Source: a virus
Taxonomy: Duplodnaviria > Caudoviricetes
Length of the DNA stretch: 59,039 nt
Strand: one strand, 5' to 3'
IMG/VR virus record: IMGVR_UViG_3300028581_000047
Coordinates: 1 to 59,039 of that record
Shown: piece by piece, positions 28,172-37,245 of the stretch
How the letters are laid out: each line of letters opens with the position of its first letter
Numbering within the stretch: position 1 is the first letter of the stretch
Position numbers and translations under genes: made by a program
The notes under the pieces: model-generated
What the model saw: the letters and a program-made list of their open reading frames with translations, nothing else
What the model was told of the DNA's origin: nothing
The model's database searches: none

Positions 28172-30269
28172 CCTTACATTAAAAAACTTCAAACAGCACA
28201 CAAACTTGGTTGTGGGGTTCACGACTGGACTTAATGTTATCACAGGTGAGAATGGTGCAGGTAAATCAACCATCCTGAAAGGCATTCTGTACGCCCTATT
28301 TGGGGCAGCGGCTGCGGGTAAAAAAGAACATTTATCTACATGGGGGACTGAGGATAAAATGGAAGTCTCGTTAACGGTAGATGTTAACGGCAAAACATTA
28401 GAAATCTTGAGGTCTTTCGATAAATCAGTGATTTACAGTGGAGACGATTTGCTTGCATCAGGTCATACGCCCTGCACTAAGTTTATTGAGCAAGAATTAG
28501 GGCTTGACTACAAGCAGTTCAAGCATTTACTCTATGCAGGTCAGGGCGAAACCCAGTCACTTTTGAGAATGGGTGCAGCAGACTTACAAAGGAAAATTGA
28601 GGTCATCACAAAGATGGACGGTCTCGACGCAATCATAACCCTAATTTCGGCTGATTTAAGCGAACTCACGGGTAAGTTATCAGGAATGGAAAGCTCACCT
28701 GATATTCCTGCTTACGAGCTACGATTAGCGGAACTTACAGAACTGGCAGAAAGCCAGCAAATTAACGTAATGGAGACAGAGAAAATGGCTACACAAACTG
28801 AGTTAATGTTGAAAAAAGAACAAGAAAAATTAGACATCGTTTCTAAAAAGTTGTCTAAAGCCAAAGCAAGTAAAGCTGCAGAACAAACTATCACAACTTC
28901 TATCGACAACACCTTGGATGAACTTGAAGTACACGCTGAAACAGAACCCAAAGAATCTGCAAAACTGCTCGCACTTAAAATTACCGCCGTTCAAGACGAT
29001 ACGGACAGCAAACTGAAAAAATTAAAACAGTTTAAGTTACAGGACAATGCAGTTGCTCAGGCTCAAGAGAATGTTGATGATGCTGAATGTAGTCTCAGCT
29101 CGTTAATGGCTGCGGAAGGTGAGTTTAAAAAGTACGCTGAACTTTTAGAAAACTACAAATTCAGTCAGTATGCGTTAGACACTGCTCAAACTAAACTACG
29201 TCAAGCAGAACAACTTGAGGTTAACTGCCCAACCTGTGAAAGACCTTTTGAGAACAGCACAGCGCATTTGGAAGCACAGGATAGAGCAGCTATTGCCGTC
29301 AAAGAAGCTCGACTCAAGTTTGGCTTGAACAAACGTGCTTTTGAGGACTTCAAAGCGAGTGTATCTCCTACCCGTGCAGAGTCTTTTGACGGCATAAAAA
29401 AACGTTGTGAACTCCATGTTCTGAGCTGTGAGGCTGCGCTGCATGCCGCAGTTGCTGCTATCCGCACTCGTGACACAAACATTGATGCCGACTCACTTGG
29501 CTTTATGATTTCTGCACAAAAAGATGCCCTAGCAGACTTTGAACGCTCACACGGCATTGCAGTATTGTGGGAGAAGAAACAAGATCAGCTTATCTCAATG
29601 CTTGCACGTTTGTCGGATGACTTGGGAGACCTTGATCCATCTGACTGTGAATGGGACGATGACGACCTTGAAGACGCAATGCAAAGTGTCAAAGAACTAC
29701 AGGAAGAATACCGTGTCAAAAGCATGGAGATGGTACAGGCTAAGTCAAACTTTCGTGAGACTACAGCTGCCCGTAATTCGGGCTGTGCAGACTTAAAACG
29801 TGGCGAAGAACTTGCTGAAAGACGTGATGCTTTAGAAAAAGATGCCGCTTTACGCAAAGACCTCCAAAGTTATTTAAGAGCGAACCGTGCAAGAATGTTA
29901 GACAATACATGGAAAGGTATCACGAGTTTGACTAGCTCCTACGTTTCAGAAATCACTGAAGGGCTTATTCGGGAGTTGGAACGTGACTTATCAGGAGAAT
30001 TTACGGTAAGAGAAGGCGAACACGTTGTACCTGTCTCCGAACTGTCAGGCGCAAGAGAAGCAATCGTTGGCTTGGGTTTGAGAATTGCGTTGGGTAAAGC
30101 GTTCTTTGGAGGTTCAAGTTTCTTGATGTTGGATGAAGTAACAGCGGCTTGTAGTGAAACAAATGCAGCGAACGTGGCGGGTACGTTACAAGGGCTAGGA
30201 ACCCAGATAATTATGGTGTCACACAGACAGGGCGATGCGTTAAATGCTGCAAACATTATTATCCTTTGA
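28161..30269 (+). CDS. SbcC/Rad50-like SMC ATPase
   Basis: GENGAGKS, coiled coil with CPTC zinc hook, LSGA signature, MLDE. Confidence 0.9.
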   Translation: MIHNLTLKNFKQHTNLVVGFTTGLNVITGENGAGKSTILKGILYALFGAAAAGKKEHLSTWGTEDKMEVSLTVDVNGKTLEILRSFDKSVIYSGDDLLASGHTPCTKFIEQELGLDYKQFKHLLYAGQGETQSLLRMGAADLQRKIEVITKMDGLDAIITLISADLSELTGKLSGMESSPDIPAYELRLAELTELAESQQINVMETEKMATQTELMLKKEQEKLDIVSKKLSKAKASKAAEQTITTSIDNTLDELEVHAETEPKESAKLLALKITAVQDDTDSKLKKLKQFKLQDNAVAQAQENVDDAECSLSSLMAAEGEFKKYAELLENYKFSQYALDTAQTKLRQAEQLEVNCPTCERPFENSTAHLEAQDRAAIAVKEARLKFGLNKRAFEDFKASVSPTRAESFDGIKKRCELHVLSCEAALHAAVAAIRTRDTNIDADSLGFMISAQKDALADFERSHGIAVLWEKKQDQLISMLARLSDDLGDLDPSDCEWDDDDLEDAMQSVKELQEEYRVKSMEMVQAKSNFRETTAARNSGCADLKRGEELAERRDALEKDAALRKDLQSYLRANRARMLDNTWKGITSLTSSYVSEITEGLIRELERDLSGEFTVREGEHVVPVSELSGAREAIVGLGLRIALGKAFFGGSSFLMLDEVTAACSETNAANVAGTLQGLGTQIIMVSHRQGDALNAANIIIL

Positions 30270-30356
30270 TTACCAACAGGTAGGTTGGATTATTGAGCTA
30301 GCCGCAGGGCTGGCTCTTCTTTTAAGTAGTAACCATTATGACAACTTGAGGTGAAT

Positions 30357-30611
30357 ATGATACATACCGAATGGCGTAGCACAACGCCAACAACTATCGA
30401 AGTTGATTTAGTTAATCAGCCTGCACACTACAAATCAGGTAAGTTTGAGTGCATTGATGTTCTTGAAGACACAATGCCAGAAGAAGCGTACCTTGGCTAT
30501 CTGCAAGGTAATGTAACGAAGTACCTCTGGCGGTGGCGGGACAAGGGCGGGGTGCAGGACTTACAAAAGGCGCAGTGGTACTTGAATAAACTCGTGGAGA
30601 AAGTGGGATGA
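30357..30611 (+). CDS. DUF3310-like (T7 gp1.7/SaV-related) protein
   Basis: VNQPAHY...ECID...GNVTKYLWRW..KGGVQDLQKAQWYL. Confidence 0.8.
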   Translation: MIHTEWRSTTPTTIEVDLVNQPAHYKSGKFECIDVLEDTMPEEAYLGYLQGNVTKYLWRWRDKGGVQDLQKAQWYLNKLVEKVG

Positions 30612-30805
30612 TGAAAATTAAATTCTGCACAGGTGACGGAAAAGGCTTCGTATGCAACAGTAGTGAGATTGAGCAATTTTATCCGCTAGACTTAACTCAT
30701 ACTATTTTAGAGTTCAATGGCGGTAGTAAAAAAGTGGTTGTAAATAATGATATGCGACAAGTAGCAAGCTCTATTTTTCACCATTGGCGGTTGATAAATG
30801 ACTGA
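30608..30805 (+). CDS. hypothetical protein
   Basis: ATGA overlap. Confidence 0.5.
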   Translation: MMKIKFCTGDGKGFVCNSSEIEQFYPLDLTHTILEFNGGSKKVVVNNDMRQVASSIFHHWRLIND

Positions 30806-31648
30806 ATCGAAGGAATTAAAAATGACAACTAAACACACGACTGCGCCTTGGATACTGCACAAATTAAGCGTTGAAATGGAACGCATTGACGGTGACGCTG
30901 AAAGATACGCCGAAATGGTCGCAAACTTAAATGAATGATGACGACGAAAGCGGTTGGGGCTATGACGGCATCGACGATGATGCAGAACATGACTTATTCA
31001 TTAGCTGCCTTTCTACTAATGAATCACAAGAACAAGATTTAGGAGTGCAAAATGATTGAAGTAAAACAAGCAGTAATCGGCAGTGAAAATGTGAGCTGGG
31101 TATCAGCGCGTGATTTGTATGTAGGGCTAGGATTGCGTAAAACCAACTGGTCAACCAACTGGTCAAGATGGTCGAAAGATAACATTGAAGAAAATCAATT
31201 TTTCGTGCAAGGTGTTGATTTTGTTAAACTCGTCACAGCGACGAGCGCAGAAATCCCCAACCCACCTAAAGATTATGCCATCACTATTCAAATGGCGACA
31301 CACTTATCAATGATGGCAAAAACAGTTAAAGCGCATGATTATCGCAACTACTTTATCGAGTGTGAAAAACAACTAAAGCAGCCGCTTTCACATCTTGAAA
31401 TCCTTGTGCAATCTGCAATGGCATTAGTCGAACATGAAAGAAAAATGAAAGCGTTATAAGACTTCCGCATCACCCGATGAGTATTACTCGATTTCAGGCT
31501 ATGCAGGTTTGCGCGGCGTGAATGTAGATGTTCACAGGGCGGGGCGGTTAGGAAAGGTGGCGACACGGTTCTCAAATGACTGAATCGAAGGAATTAAAAA
31601 TGACAACTAAACACACGACTGCACCTTGGATACTGCATAAATTAAGCG
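30796..31648. repeat. 75-bp direct repeats (30796-30870; 31574-31648) flanking a decayed AntA gene
   Basis: AAATGACTGAATCGAAGG...AAATTAAGCG, 2 mismatches. Confidence 0.9.
31052..31583 (+). pseudogene. decayed AntA/AntB-type antirepressor gene
   Basis: VSARDLY...YRNYFIECEK stops at 31459; an out-of-frame C-terminal remnant (DEYYSISGYAGLRGVNVD..RAGRLGK) follows. Confidence 0.7.
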
Positions 31649-31878
31649 GTGAGATAAGAACGCAAGACAACTTAAAAGTGATAACGGACATAAATTACAG
31701 ACTTAGGGATGGGTGTGGCGAAGCCAACGCAAAACTTATCGCCGCCGCACCTGATTTGCTTGCTGCTTTAATCGCTTGTGATGAAGCAATGGAATATATC
31801 AGCGAGTACGACATCCCCCTGACTTTGCAGCAACAGGTAAAAGACGCAATCGCTAAAGCAACGGGAGAATTAAAATGA
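31576..31878 (+). CDS. conserved phage hypothetical protein
   Basis: KHTTAPW...ANAKLIAAAPDLLAAL motif. Confidence 0.7.
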   Translation: MTESKELKMTTKHTTAPWILHKLSGEIRTQDNLKVITDINYRLRDGCGEANAKLIAAAPDLLAALIACDEAMEYISEYDIPLTLQQQVKDAIAKATGELK

Positions 31879-32522
31879 CACCTGAAAAATTGCGTGCATT
31901 GGCTATGAAGTTAATGTCAGTGCCAGCAAGTCATGATGAAGCTGTTATTGACAAATGGCTTGAACAAAACCAGCCCGAACTTGTTGTGGGGCTTAGTGAT
32001 GAGCAGATAAAGGACTTTTCGCAGCTGTACGGTCTTACAGTAACGCAGCAGGTTCGACTAAACGTGAATCTCACCAACTTCCTTAAAACCCAAACCTTCT
32101 CACAAGTCCGCGCTTTTGATGATAGTGAGTTGTCTGAAAAGTACATGACTCTTTATGATGACTATCAGTCACTTTTGGTTGATAAAGCAAACACAAGTCA
32201 GTTTGAGCCTAACTGGGATGATGTACCCGTCACAGCAAAGTATGTGCGAGTAGTTTTATCATATTTGCGTGAAGATTTTATGTCGGTTTCGAGCGATGAG
32301 GTTCTTGCACAATTTGAACGTCCGAAGCCAAAAGTTACAGTCGGACAGGTGTGGAAATTTGTTGCAGATGACCAAGATTTTACGGTTTCAGAACTTGCGG
32401 CTGTATGGGTAATTGATAAATTTGTAGGCTGTATCGGCGTTAAGAATGCTTTTGATGAATCTTGCTTTTATTCGCATGAGGATTTCCTCGCTAAATTTGA
32501 GAGAGTTTCAAGTGATGGATAA
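31875..32522 (+). CDS. hypothetical protein
   Basis: GGAG RBS, 215 aa. Confidence 0.6.
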   Translation: MTPEKLRALAMKLMSVPASHDEAVIDKWLEQNQPELVVGLSDEQIKDFSQLYGLTVTQQVRLNVNLTNFLKTQTFSQVRAFDDSELSEKYMTLYDDYQSLLVDKANTSQFEPNWDDVPVTAKYVRVVLSYLREDFMSVSSDEVLAQFERPKPKVTVGQVWKFVADDQDFTVSELAAVWVIDKFVGCIGVKNAFDESCFYSHEDFLAKFERVSSDG

Positions 32523-32712
32523 TTTTGAGGTTTACACAGCAAATGGTCAGTACCGAAAAGTGTTTATTGACTCTTGTTTCAAAGAATTAGAACGGGCAGT
32601 AGCTTTACAGGCTATTGCTCCATTAACACCCTGCCAAGCATTTGTACTAGATGCTTTACAGGACGAGTTTCAGAAGTATTTGAAGGAGGCAGCAGATGCA
32701 AATAACAGCTAA
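32515..32712 (+). CDS. hypothetical protein
   Basis: Overlapping operon arrangement. Confidence 0.5.
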   Translation: MDNFEVYTANGQYRKVFIDSCFKELERAVALQAIAPLTPCQAFVLDALQDEFQKYLKEAADANNS

Positions 32713-33085
32713 AGAATTCTCGGATAAACACAACATAAAATACGTCACGGTAAACAAACGCATCCGCGAAAGACGTATACTTTGTCGGGGCTACCAGAAA
32801 ACCTGTGCTATCGGGGGTTTAAGTCGTGTTTTTGAAGAAGCAGATTTACTCAAAGCAGTAAGTGAGTTTAAAACCAGACAGGAAGGTGAAGTAACCCTTC
32901 GGGAATACTGTGCGGAAAAAGGTATCAAGCACTCTACCCTGTACAATCATGTAAAAGATAACTATGTCAGGCAGTATGGTCTTGTTATCACTTCTGATAC
33001 GTCAGGAAGAAAACAGATTTTGTACAAAAGACAAGACTTAGACAAGTTAAGAGAACGTGCTTACCCGAGGAGGGTTATAAAATGA
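32696..33085 (+). CDS. basic protein with two HTH-like repeats
   Basis: TAKEFSDKHNIKYVTV and TLREYCAEKGIKHSTL. Confidence 0.55.
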   Translation: MQITAKEFSDKHNIKYVTVNKRIRERRILCRGYQKTCAIGGLSRVFEEADLLKAVSEFKTRQEGEVTLREYCAEKGIKHSTLYNHVKDNYVRQYGLVITSDTSGRKQILYKRQDLDKLRERAYPRRVIK

Positions 33086-33270
33086 TGAATTTACAAAACT
33101 TGAAGCAAACAATGTCTTCCCTTGAGATTGCAGGGTTGACAGGTAAAAGACATTCCGATGTTTTAGAAACTATCCGAAATGTGTTTTCTGAAGGGGGTAT
33201 TTTGGCGGCGGAATTTACCGCTGCGAGAATTGTGCGGGGAAAACTATTGATTGACGAACACATGAGGTAG
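33082..33270 (+). pseudogene. truncated Rha-family gene
   Basis: TMSSLEIAGLTGKRHSDVLETIRN N-terminus only. Confidence 0.7.
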
Positions 33271-33274
33271 AAGC

Positions 33275-33829
33275 ATGAAAGTTAAAATCAGACAAGAAGC
33301 AGGGTACGAATGGGCGTTAATGGGTATGTCCTTTTCTCACTTTGCTGAAGATCAGCCTGTCGATGATTGGTGGGCAGTGCAAAAACCCAAAGCCTTCCTC
33401 CGCGCAGAAAAATTAAAGGATAAAGACGGCGGTCATAACAAGTTTCTTGAAAGCATCCAAGTATGGGTCGAAATTAAGGCTTCTCGGGCGTTCTGGTCAG
33501 AGTTTGATACCTATAGAGCAGGTGTGACGAAGCAAAGCACTAGCACGATGCACACACTATCAAAACGCGCTCCCTTACATTCAGACTTTGAAGAGGGTAC
33601 ACCTAAAGAAGTATTCATTGATTTCCTGCGGCATTTTGCACAGCATCATCATGACATAGTTACGTTGAAGAGTGGGCTTCCTGAGGGGTTCTTGCAACGG
33701 CGAATGGTTTGTACGAACTACAAGACTATCAAAGGCATTGTAGCCCAGAGAAAAGCTCACAGGTATAAACCCTGGCGAGTGTTCATTGAGGCTCTAATGG
33801 AGCAACTGGAGCATCCTGAGTTAATGTAA
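33275..33829 (+). CDS. ThyX-like (flavin-dependent thymidylate synthase family) protein
   Basis: HNKFLESI...FWSEFDTYR...STSTMH...NYKT...QRKAHR pattern of phage Thy1-like proteins. Confidence 0.65.
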   Translation: MKVKIRQEAGYEWALMGMSFSHFAEDQPVDDWWAVQKPKAFLRAEKLKDKDGGHNKFLESIQVWVEIKASRAFWSEFDTYRAGVTKQSTSTMHTLSKRAPLHSDFEEGTPKEVFIDFLRHFAQHHHDIVTLKSGLPEGFLQRRMVCTNYKTIKGIVAQRKAHRYKPWRVFIEALMEQLEHPELM

Positions 33830-33833
33830 ACCC

Positions 33834-33865
33834 AAGACCCACTGTAAAAGGTGGGTTTTCTGTTT
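33834..33865 (+). terminator. Rho-independent terminator ending the replication module
   Basis: AAGACCCAC/GTGGGTTTT stem plus T-rich tail, immediately before IR-R. Confidence 0.55.
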
Positions 33866-34247
33866 GTAATAAATTTTTGCCAAAAGTTAAAGATTCAAAT
33901 TGTCTCGCGGGACTTTTGGGGGGTCCAGCCGAATGCGGGTTGCAGAGGACAGGTAAGGACGTGAGAGGGTGGCAGGAGATTATGTTGGGCAATTCAAACA
34001 ACTTGTTGCAAGATTGATACACTCCCCACCTCTTTAATATATAATATATATAATATAATAATTATATATAATAGACAGACGCTTGCCTCGTTTTACTTCC
34101 TCTGTAACCCGCATTCCCCTGTTGCCTATCCCAGCCCCGCGAGACAAATTGGATTCCTGTTTTTCTGAATTTGTAATTAAAAAGACAGGGTGTGGTCAAA
34201 TTGCAACAACCGCACCCATATTTGAGACCCCTCGGTTCGGTTAATTT
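33864..34247 (-). repeat. IR-R: right copy of ~384-bp long inverted repeat
   Basis: Reverse complement of 7651-8034; ends 6 bp from the rep stop codon. Confidence 0.95.
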
Positions 34248-34253
34248 CCTGAC

Positions 34254-35324
34254 CTACCACAGCCCCAACATTTTTATATGTTCTATGTACTCTTTTGGGA
34301 TAGATTTATCTATCTCCTCCCCGTACTGTTTTCTCAAATCTATGTAGTAATCCACTTTGCTTTGTTTTATCTCGCGTGGCTCTTGTATCGGTTCGGGAGG
34401 TACTTCCACCTTTTCAATAGTTGTTTTTGTTTGTGCAAGGTACTTGGCTAACCCCAACTGTATTTTTTCCATAGCCGTAGCAACAGGTACTTCTTGTTCA
34501 GCCAGCCTCTGAGCTACCTGTGATGCCGTTTCACCTGGACGTGCCGCTTTCTTGATTTCCTCCATGTCAACCCCGCCAACTTCATTTTCCTCCTGCGCTT
34601 TCTTTTTCTTGAATACGGGTTTGGCACGTTGCACTTTCTGAGCCATTGTGAACACAAATTTAAAACTCACAACTTTCTTACCTTTCTTAATCTGTGTGTA
34701 CGCCGTGGTCATGTCGGTGTACTGGTTTATCTCCGCGACAGCCACATCCAAAACCCTTGCTTTCAAATTATCAATCCTCGAATACGATTCGGGTAACTCA
34801 AGTGTTTCCCTGAGCCAAGCTACCGTCAACGTTACCTCGCTGCTCATCGAGCTTTTTAAAATCTCATACAGGCGTATCCCATAAGACGAGCGTAGGTTCA
34901 GAACGTTTTCAAGTTTGTACTGCGTAAAATTACTTTTTATTTCGCTTAGAAACGGAATGATAAACGGAGCGAAGAACAGGTCAACACTGCCTGTTTGAGG
35001 GATATAATCCACAGAATGCACCCATCGGGTATTTCTTTCGCCTGATCGGCTTGAGGGTTCAACAAACGTTACCCAACGTTCCGACAGTCTAACGAGGGCA
35101 GACTTTAGATTAGCGTACATATCAGCATCGCTGTCGGTATCCAATAAGTCCCTGAGGCCTTCTACCGACACCGAGAACTTGTCCAAGTGGGATAGGGTAC
35201 CTTTTGAGTTCACCTGCGCTATGCAGGCTAAAACAATGCGGCTTTCAACTAACGACAGCTTGTATGCGGATTTAATCAAGTCGTTGTGTTTTACGACTAC
35301 TAACTTTTCTTTTGAAACGTCCAT
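34254..35324 (-). CDS. repB: plasmid replication initiator, Rep_3 (RepE/RepB) family
   Basis: VVKHNDLIKSAYKLS, FTQYKL...SSYGIRLYE, RVLDVAVAEIN, KKGKKV motifs; adjacent iterons. Confidence 0.9.
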   Translation of the reverse strand: MDVSKEKLVVVKHNDLIKSAYKLSLVESRIVLACIAQVNSKGTLSHLDKFSVSVEGLRDLLDTDSDADMYANLKSALVRLSERWVTFVEPSSRSGERNTRWVHSVDYIPQTGSVDLFFAPFIIPFLSEIKSNFTQYKLENVLNLRSSYGIRLYEILKSSMSSEVTLTVAWLRETLELPESYSRIDNLKARVLDVAVAEINQYTDMTTAYTQIKKGKKVVSFKFVFTMAQKVQRAKPVFKKKKAQEENEVGGVDMEEIKKAARPGETASQVAQRLAEQEVPVATAMEKIQLGLAKYLAQTKTTIEKVEVPPEPIQEPREIKQSKVDYYIDLRKQYGEEIDKSIPKEYIEHIKMLGLW

Positions 35325-35371
35325 TACGTCACTCCCAGTGGTAAAGCGCGAGTGTACTACAGTTTTTATTT

Positions 35372-35397
35372 TATGTAGTAATTATTACTCCTACATA
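35372..35397. promoter_or_regulatory. probable Rep autorepression operator
   Basis: TATGTAG-N12-CTACATA inverted repeat containing the iteron core ATGTAG, upstream of rep. Confidence 0.6.
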
Positions 35398-35416
35398 TAA
35401 ATTTTCCAGTAGTACC

Positions 35417-35522
35417 AAACCGATAAAATGTAGGAATGAAACCGATAAAATGTAGGAATGAAACCGATAAAATGTAGGAATGAAACCGATAAAATGTAGG
35501 AATGAAACCGATAAAATGTAGG
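35417..35522 (+). repeat. iterons of the plasmid origin: 4 full + 1 partial copies of 22-bp AAACCGATAAAATGTAGGAATG
   Basis: Exact tandem 22-bp period, followed by an A-rich tract at ~35570-35640. Confidence 0.9.
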
Positions 35523-35677
35523 GTTATAACAGAAAAACTTCAACAAAATCAAAGGCGAGCGGTGCGCTTAAAAACAAAAAACAGAAAAATTTAAAAAAGC
35601 AAAGAAGAAAAATCCAAAAAGTAAAAACAGCCATAAAATGTGTGCTAATATCTACCCTCAATTAACAGGAGACTTTT

Positions 35678-36313
35678 ATGATTATTGTTGTCGGCGGGGA
35701 AAAGGGTGGTACAGGGAAAACAACGTTAGCTACGAACTTGGCGGTACTTCGTAGAGATGCAGGTCACGATGTATTACTTCTTGATGCAGACCCACAAGGA
35801 AGTGCGAACAATTGGTCACAGTTCCGTTTGAACACCGACCTCAACCCAATCCCCTGTCTCCAAAAACTTGGCAACATCAAAGCCGATATTGCAGACCTGA
35901 AAACACGCTATGGCGATATTTTTATCGACACAGGTGGAAGGAACTCGGAAGAACTGCGTTCTGCGCTCGTTGTAGCCGATGTTTTCATCACACCTATCCA
36001 ACCATCACAGTTTGACATTTGGTCGCTCTCAACGGTCAATGAGTTAGTTAAAATACCCAAACTGCTAAACCCTGCCATGCGTTCTTACGTTATAGCTAGT
36101 CGGTCAGTAACTAATACAGGGCAACAGGAGCTGATGGAGATGCGTTCACTCCTTGTTGAGTTTCCTGAATTAACATTGCTTCGTACTATTATTCGAGATC
36201 GTGTGGCTTTTCGTAAAGCTGCCAAATTTGGAAAAGTTGTGACTGAGCTTTTACCTGAGGATAAGAAAGCGTCAGAAGAGATAAGCGCGATGTACGTTGA
36301 AGTTTTTGGTTAG
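35678..36313 (+). CDS. parA: ParA-family partition ATPase (type Ib, no N-terminal HTH)
   Basis: KGGTGKTT, DADPQ, IDTGG motifs; 211 aa. Confidence 0.9.
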   Translation: MIIVVGGEKGGTGKTTLATNLAVLRRDAGHDVLLLDADPQGSANNWSQFRLNTDLNPIPCLQKLGNIKADIADLKTRYGDIFIDTGGRNSEELRSALVVADVFITPIQPSQFDIWSLSTVNELVKIPKLLNPAMRSYVIASRSVTNTGQQELMEMRSLLVEFPELTLLRTIIRDRVAFRKAAKFGKVVTELLPEDKKASEEISAMYVEVFG

Positions 36314-36448
36314 GGCGCAATTTTGCGCCAAACTGACGTAACCACTGATTCTAGTGATGTACAGACCTAACGGAGGCAGAAAGCCTCAGAAGAAATATCT
36401 TCCAGGCATGCTGAAGTTTTTGGGTAAAGCGAGTATAGTTCTTCTTGA

Positions 36449-36612
36449 GTCTTGAAAAGCTCGAAAAGCGGAATCCACCCCGTTAGTTAGTGGAAATTCT
36501 TTTACCCAGAAATAAGTTTAGGGTAAATGGTTTGCCTCCCCAGTAATGACAGGCGCAACTACTTTTCGTTGTTTTCAAAGACCATTTATCTTAAACTTAT
36601 TTCTCGGAGTAT
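36449..36612 (+). promoter_or_regulatory. structured leader with alternative pairings (c4-like), with only a 6-codon ORF downstream
   Basis: 36508-36531 pairs with 36581-36604 next to GGAG; 36449-36468 pairs with 36562-36582. Confidence 0.45.
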
Positions 36613-36690
36613 CTCATGCTACACCTGCTTCACTAAGTTGAGTTTTTGAAATAGAATTGAACTGCTAATTTGAAGCAATCGGAGAATGTT

Positions 36691-36936
36691 ATGCAAAAGA
36701 AACGAAACCCAAATGATTTTATTCCGTCGCCAGCCATAAAATACCCCTGGCTTAGTCCGAATGTTAGAGAGGATGTTCAAAGACCGTTCAATCTTAGACT
36801 TTCCGAACCACAAAGAATGAAGTTAAAGTTCATTGCGGAAAATACGCCGCCCAGTATGCAGCAGTTCTGTTTGGATGTTTTGGATAAGGCAATAGAGGAA
36901 AAGATTTACGAACTAACATCAGGTCGTTTCAGATAG
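36691..36936 (+). CDS. small ParA partner, RHH/ParG-like centromere-binding protein
   Basis: YPW...PFNLRLSE...LKFIAE..SMQQFC pattern; downstream of parA. Confidence 0.65.
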   Translation: MQKKRNPNDFIPSPAIKYPWLSPNVREDVQRPFNLRLSEPQRMKLKFIAENTPPSMQQFCLDVLDKAIEEKIYELTSGRFR

Positions 36937-36972
36937 ATTGATACCATATCATTCGAAACGGTAGACAACAAA

Positions 36973-37005
36973 AAGGGAAGTGTTTAACTATCAAACACTT
37001 CCCTT
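36973..37005 (-). terminator. terminator between convergent par and tail transcription units
   Basis: Perfect 13-bp stem AAGGGAAGTGTTT/AAACACTTCCCTT; T tract on the - strand. Confidence 0.7.
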
Positions 37006-37049
37006 CGCTTCACAAAAACATCAATTTTACATAATGACCATTACGCGCA

Positions 37050-37244
37050 TCAGAATCGAACCGAGCCTTCTTTCAGCTCTTTGTCTTTCAACTCTTCAAT
37101 CGCCATCACAGTCCCTAATACCTTTTTTCCATCAAACTCGGTAACATAATGTGCCGATTCTACTGCGCTAATTTCATCTTCGTCTACATCAATGTAGATA
37201 AAGTTTGCATTAGGTAACAAGTTTTTTACATCAACATATTTCAT
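37050..37244 (-). CDS. small hypothetical protein
   Basis: MKYVDVKN... last gene of the - strand operon. Confidence 0.55.
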   Translation of the reverse strand: MKYVDVKNLLPNANFIYIDVDEDEISAVESAHYVTEFDGKKVLGTVMAIEELKDKELKEGSVRF

Positions 37245-37245
37245 A

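Noticed and set aside
463-33263. Numerous - strand ORFs in the left half (and + strand ORFs in 37-59 kb)
   Set aside because: Shadow frames antisense to well-supported genes, without RBS or recognisable motifs.
24949-33829. DNA base-modification pathway (NUDIX, ThyX-like, DUF3310)
   Set aside because: These are ordinary nucleotide-metabolism genes; no PurZ, queuosine-pathway, glycosyltransferase or methyltransferase genes were recognised.
7651-34247. Transposon or self-synthesizing element with terminal inverted repeats
   Set aside because: No transposase or integrase is recognisable, no target-site duplication is evident, and the repeats look origin-like.
35417-35522. 22-bp repeats as a CRISPR array
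   Set aside because: No spacers; head-to-tail repeats beside a Rep_3 gene are iterons.
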